From a virus, in IMG/VR virus record IMGVR_UViG_3300025000_000061, positions 87,783 through 151,782 of that record: a stretch of DNA of 64,000 nt; one strand, 5' to 3'. Made by a program: the position numbers and the translations under genes. The notes under the pieces were generated by a model that did no database searches, had not been told where the DNA came from, and worked only from the letters and a program-made list of their open reading frames with translations. Positions 60,839 to 64,000 of this stretch are shown here, piece after piece (the stretch's first letter is position 1; each line of letters opens with the position of its first letter).

Positions 60839-60912
60839 AAACCCTTGATTTACAACACTTTGTTGACTATTAATTTCTGCTAAATCATAACCAAACAACA
60901 ATTTTGTGTAGA
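60839..60912. repeat. Composite element: 23-bp box + 11-6-11 site
   Basis: AAACCCTTGATTTACAACACTTT, 23 nt, TCATAACCAAA CAACAA TTTTGTGTAGA. Confidence 0.65.
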
Positions 60913-60956
60913 TATTGCCTTTTGACATATTAAATTATATATAATATAATACACAT

Positions 60957-61030
60957 GAGGGGTATCAAACAAAACAAACAACACTAGGTTTTTGGATCGC
61001 CTCCATTCTTACTAGTGTTGTTTGTTTTTA
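60957..61030 (+). ncRNA. Putative sRNA 1
   Basis: TTGACA-17-TATAAT at 60922-60950, 17-bp stem, U-tail, no RBS-led ORF. Confidence 0.6.
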
Positions 61031-61090
61031 TTCATATTTATCATATTCTTTAAATTTGACTTCTTACATTAAATGTATTATAATACTCAT

Positions 61091-61178
61091 ATTAAAATAT
61101 TAAGTTTTCGCGAAAAAACTTTCGGCAAATAACACTAGATTATTGGGTACTCATCATGTCTAGTGTTATTTGCTTTTT
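61091..61178 (+). ncRNA. Putative sRNA 2
   Basis: TTGACT-17-TATAAT at 61056-61084, 15-bp stem, U-tail. Confidence 0.6.
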
Positions 61179-61259
61179 AAATTGAATTTATAAGTGTCAA
61201 GTATTTTCACCTTATCCCCTATCGACAAAAGAAGTGGTGGGGAAGTGGAAGAGAGGACG

Positions 61260-61631
61260 TTACTTCACAACTTTTGCCCACTCATCACCCCATATATTCT
61301 TTAATTCCCTCAATGCAGATTTTACTAATCCATTAATTTCATCAGGATTAATGTTATATCCTTTTTCTTCTAATCTATCAGACAGCCAATTATAAGCCAA
61401 CACAACTTTTTCCTCACTTTTTGCATTAATATCTATTCCATGTTGTTCAGCATATTGTACTGCTAATTTTGCTAATTCTAATTTTGCACTATATTCAGAT
61501 TCCAACTTTATCATTTCTTCTGTTCCAATTTTCTTTCTAATATAAGATATTAAATAATATATACCAATAGTAGAAAGTCCATATAAAGCATCAATAAATA
61601 TATTTTGAAAATAAGTATTCATAAATTCCAT
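61260..61631 (-). CDS. Phage holin (LL-H family-like)
   Basis: N-terminal TM helix, AVQYAEQ..EK..A, next to the amidase. Confidence 0.8.
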   Translation of the reverse strand: MEFMNTYFQNIFIDALYGLSTIGIYYLISYIRKKIGTEEMIKLESEYSAKLELAKLAVQYAEQHGIDINAKSEEKVVLAYNWLSDRLEEKGYNINPDEINGLVKSALRELKNIWGDEWAKVVK

Positions 61632-61648
61632 ATTAAAACCTCCAATTA

Positions 61649-62443
61649 TTATTTATTATTAGTAATAATACGATCAAGCATTGTGAATAGTAACCATGCT
61701 TGAACTGGTTCTGCTAATTTCTTTTTCCAATCTTCTGCATTATTAATTAGACCTTTATTAGCAAGATTATCTAAACTTTTAATTCCTGATTCTTCCATCC
61801 ATTTTTCGATTGCCATATCAATTAACTCCTCCTTATCAATTACTTTATCTACTTTAATACCTAAAAAATCTCCAATACCTTGAGCAATAGCAAATGCCAT
61901 CTTATCTTGAAATTCAGGATCATTTAACATTTTTTCTTCTTCTGGATTTGAAATAAATAGCATTTCTATAAGTGTAGCAGGACATTTTGCATATTTTATT
62001 ACATAGAATTTTGCTTCTTTATCAGGATCACCATCAGATAAATCTTCTCTATATATTAAATTAGGAAATGTTGCTTTAACTTTTGAATGAATTTTAGTTG
62101 CTAAAATATCAGAATAATTCTGACCAGGAGTTGTAAAAATCTCAAATCCCCTAGCGGTAGAATTATTACAAGAGTTACAATGCAGACTTACAAAAACATC
62201 TGGATTATAACCATTAGCAATTTGCATACGTTTAACTAAATCTTGACTTAAATTAGAAGGCCAAGATACTTTATCACTATCTCTTGTAAAACATACATCT
62301 ATACCAGCAGATTTTAGATAATTTGCTACTTTAAATCCAACAGACATATTAATATTTTTCTCTTGTGTTCCATTTATTCCCAAAGCGCCTGAATCATAAC
62401 CACCATGCCCATAGTCTATGCAAGCGAGTTTATTCATAAACAA
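61649..62443 (-). CDS. Endolysin, N-acetylmuramoyl-L-alanine amidase (Amidase_3)
   Basis: DYGHGG.DSGA, EK, VSLHCNS, LIEMLFISN. Confidence 0.95.
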   Translation of the reverse strand: MFMNKLACIDYGHGGYDSGALGINGTQEKNINMSVGFKVANYLKSAGIDVCFTRDSDKVSWPSNLSQDLVKRMQIANGYNPDVFVSLHCNSCNNSTARGFEIFTTPGQNYSDILATKIHSKVKATFPNLIYREDLSDGDPDKEAKFYVIKYAKCPATLIEMLFISNPEEEKMLNDPEFQDKMAFAIAQGIGDFLGIKVDKVIDKEELIDMAIEKWMEESGIKSLDNLANKGLINNAEDWKKKLAEPVQAWLLFTMLDRIITNNK

Positions 62444-62461
62444 ACATCTCCCTATATTTAA

Positions 62462-62755
62462 TTAAATTTTATTATTATAATCCTTTTCCGTTTGAATATC
62501 ATTACTTTGTGTAGAAACATTTAAATCACTTAATTTACTTTTATATTCAGCATATTGATTCAATACTTCAACTCCGTTAATTCCAACAAAACCAAATAAA
62601 AACGCTTGAATAATATTTACTAAATCTGAAATATTTTTATCAATGTAATGTGAGTATAGAGTATAAAGAGTTACTGTAATTAGAAGTATTGCTAGAGTTG
62701 AAATTTTCTTTTCTTGTATACTTAGTATATTTTTCAGATATTCTATTGTAATCAC
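62462..62755 (-). CDS. Small membrane protein, holin-like
   Basis: Two TM segments in the lysis cassette. Confidence 0.6.
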   Translation of the reverse strand: MITIEYLKNILSIQEKKISTLAILLITVTLYTLYSHYIDKNISDLVNIIQAFLFGFVGINGVEVLNQYAEYKSKLSDLNVSTQSNDIQTEKDYNNKI

Positions 62756-62777
62756 CTCATGTTGGTTGCTATAAAGT

Positions 62778-63242
62778 TTAATTAATTAGTTTACTTGATT
62801 GATGTATAACCGTATAAATAGCCACACCAGAACTTATTAAAGTTGTAATTACAGCACCTATAGTAATTATCGTCTGTGTACGAATTTTACTTTTGCCATC
62901 AATCTTTGTAGTTTCAATTTTAACATCATTATTTTGCTTATTTATAATCAAACTATTAAGACTTCCTAATATTAAATTATTGTTTGTGGTAGATTTGGCA
63001 TCCATCAATTTTAAATCAGCACTTATTTCTTCTTGATTTTTAATAACGTATTTCATTGCTTCTTGTTGTTGAACCATACCTACTTCGATCTTTGACAGTC
63101 TCTCATCATGGTTAATTATTTTTTCATGAATATTATCAAATTTTTCCTTAATCAATTCTTCATCCACTGACATACCACATCCTTCCTTAATATTAATAAA
63201 TTCCTCCGTTTCGCTCTTAAAATTATTTTCACAATTATTCAT
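62778..63242 (-). CDS. XhlA/BhlA-like coiled-coil membrane protein of the lysis cassette (alternative start 63173)
   Basis: HDERLSKIE coiled coil plus C-terminal TM. Confidence 0.65.
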   Translation of the reverse strand: MNNCENNFKSETEEFINIKEGCGMSVDEELIKEKFDNIHEKIINHDERLSKIEVGMVQQQEAMKYVIKNQEEISADLKLMDAKSTTNNNLILGSLNSLIINKQNNDVKIETTKIDGKSKIRTQTIITIGAVITTLISSGVAIYTVIHQSSKLIN

Positions 63243-63527
63243 AAAACACTTTACAACTCCTCTCTTATGTTATATACTTATGTCACACAATAATACTCTT
63301 ACTATTATTGCTGTTATGAGGTATGGTGTATGAGAGTGGTACACCATACCTTTCAAATACATAATAAATTAAATCAAACACAATTCAATAAAATATTAAC
63401 TTTAGAATCTCATAGACCATCTGCGAGAGCCATTGAGCACCAATGATGTATTTATGGGGTTCTAATTATTGTTTATTATTTGTATAGATATATAAACCTC
63501 CTTAAAAACATATTATCAAATTTATTT

Positions 63528-63568
63528 AATAAAAAGAGAAGTAGAGCATAAATACTTCTCTTTTTATT
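63528..63568. terminator. Bidirectional-type terminator hairpin
   Basis: 16-bp IR AATAAAAAGAGAAGTA/TACTTCTCTTTTTATT. Confidence 0.7.
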
Positions 63569-63661
63569 TTATTATTTTTACTTTATACCCTAATTTCATG
63601 TACAAAATACTACAATAATCTACATTTTACGACATAATTTATCCAATATTTGACATAAAAA

Positions 63662-63689
63662 TCATGATAAAAGGTTTGTTTCATCATGA
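63662..63689. repeat. Near-perfect 11-6-11 palindromic site
   Basis: TCATGATAAAA GGTTTG TTTCATCATGA (10/11 symmetric). Confidence 0.7.
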
Positions 63690-63895
63690 GTAAAATGATT
63701 GATTATAAATAAATTATAAAATAGAGTAATTATTTCTTATCAAATAACTATTCTATTTATTTTGCATTATATTGAGTATTTTAATTTTTTAATTTAAACA
63801 ATATTAAGTTTTACTATGTATAGCGAAATAAATATTCAGTTATTATTTAATTTTATTAAGTTGTAGTTACCACACTAACGCTTTTCGTTGGTTAG

Positions 63896-64000
63896 TTATA
63901 AGAGTATTTCTTGTGGCGGTTGCTTTTTGTCAATTTCAAATTGTGCGAGCAATTCCGCTTCTCGCTTACTTATTTGTATGTCTTGGTCTTTACCAAACTT
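63896..64000 (-). CDS. 3' end of a gene running in from beyond the window
   Basis: KFGKDQDIQISKREAELLAQFEIDKKQPPQEILL*. Confidence 0.5.
   Translation of the reverse strand, partial: KFGKDQDIQISKREAELLAQFEIDKKQPPQEILL

Larger units (their letters stand above)
1..64000. mobile_element. Segment of a large SPbeta-like temperate phage genome (non-integrated/attP form)
   Basis: Replication gene order matches SPbeta yorF-yorL; serine recombinase beside an attP-like site; lysis cassette; dense small ORFs; no host housekeeping context on either side. Confidence 0.92.

Noticed and set aside
61204-61250. GC-rich imperfect hairpin after the holin stop as a third sRNA
   Set aside because: No clear promoter and no shared stem with the two sRNA candidates; may just be 3' UTR structure.
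406-63689. Repeats as a CRISPR array or canonical chromosomal dif
   Set aside because: They are dispersed and degenerate with no regular spacers or cas genes; arms do not match the Bacillota dif XerD arm TTATGTAAACT.
1-64000. tRNA/rRNA genes, arbitrium aimR/aimP, alternative genetic code
   Set aside because: No tRNA cloverleaf with T-loop or TPR receptor/peptide pair recognised; TAA, TAG and TGA all terminate conserved genes normally.

Overview
The whole 64-kb window is very AT-rich DNA of a large temperate Bacillota (probably clostridial) phage organised like SPbeta. Positions 1-55.9 kb are a + strand early/replication arm. It carries an ATP-dependent DNA ligase, a TARG1-like macrodomain, a WGR-PARP, a YorF-L-like replisome (AAA ATPase, DnaB, primase, RecJ, DnaE), RecD2, class II RNR, dUTPase, Dam, two radical SAM proteins, a NadR-like kinase plus NMNAT, a vWA protein, PyrB, ThyA, DHFR, dNMP kinase and dozens of small accessory ORFs. 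A 50-bp attP-like site (55898-55947) follows, next to a large serine recombinase, then a small accessory island and the lysis cassette on the - strand. Both sides of the att site are phage-like, so this looks like the non-integrated form. Main observations: (1) attP reproduces the STCHWCHV active-site codons of a host yyaL/DUF255 thioredoxin gene. The phage carries its own 5' copy of that gene, separated from the core by TCA-TAA-16 nt-TCA, the geometry of programmed ribosomal bypassing. (2) About 12 intergenic 11-6-11 palindromes, 5 of them paired with a 23-bp box, look like tyrosine-recombinase cassette sites or operators. (3) A ligase-macrodomain-PARP operon coexists with NAD-salvage genes. 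(4) Many genes appear to start at ATA/ATT/ACG. (5) Two tandem promoter-driven hairpin sRNAs lie beside the lysis genes. All calls come from motif recognition by eye; no database searches were run.
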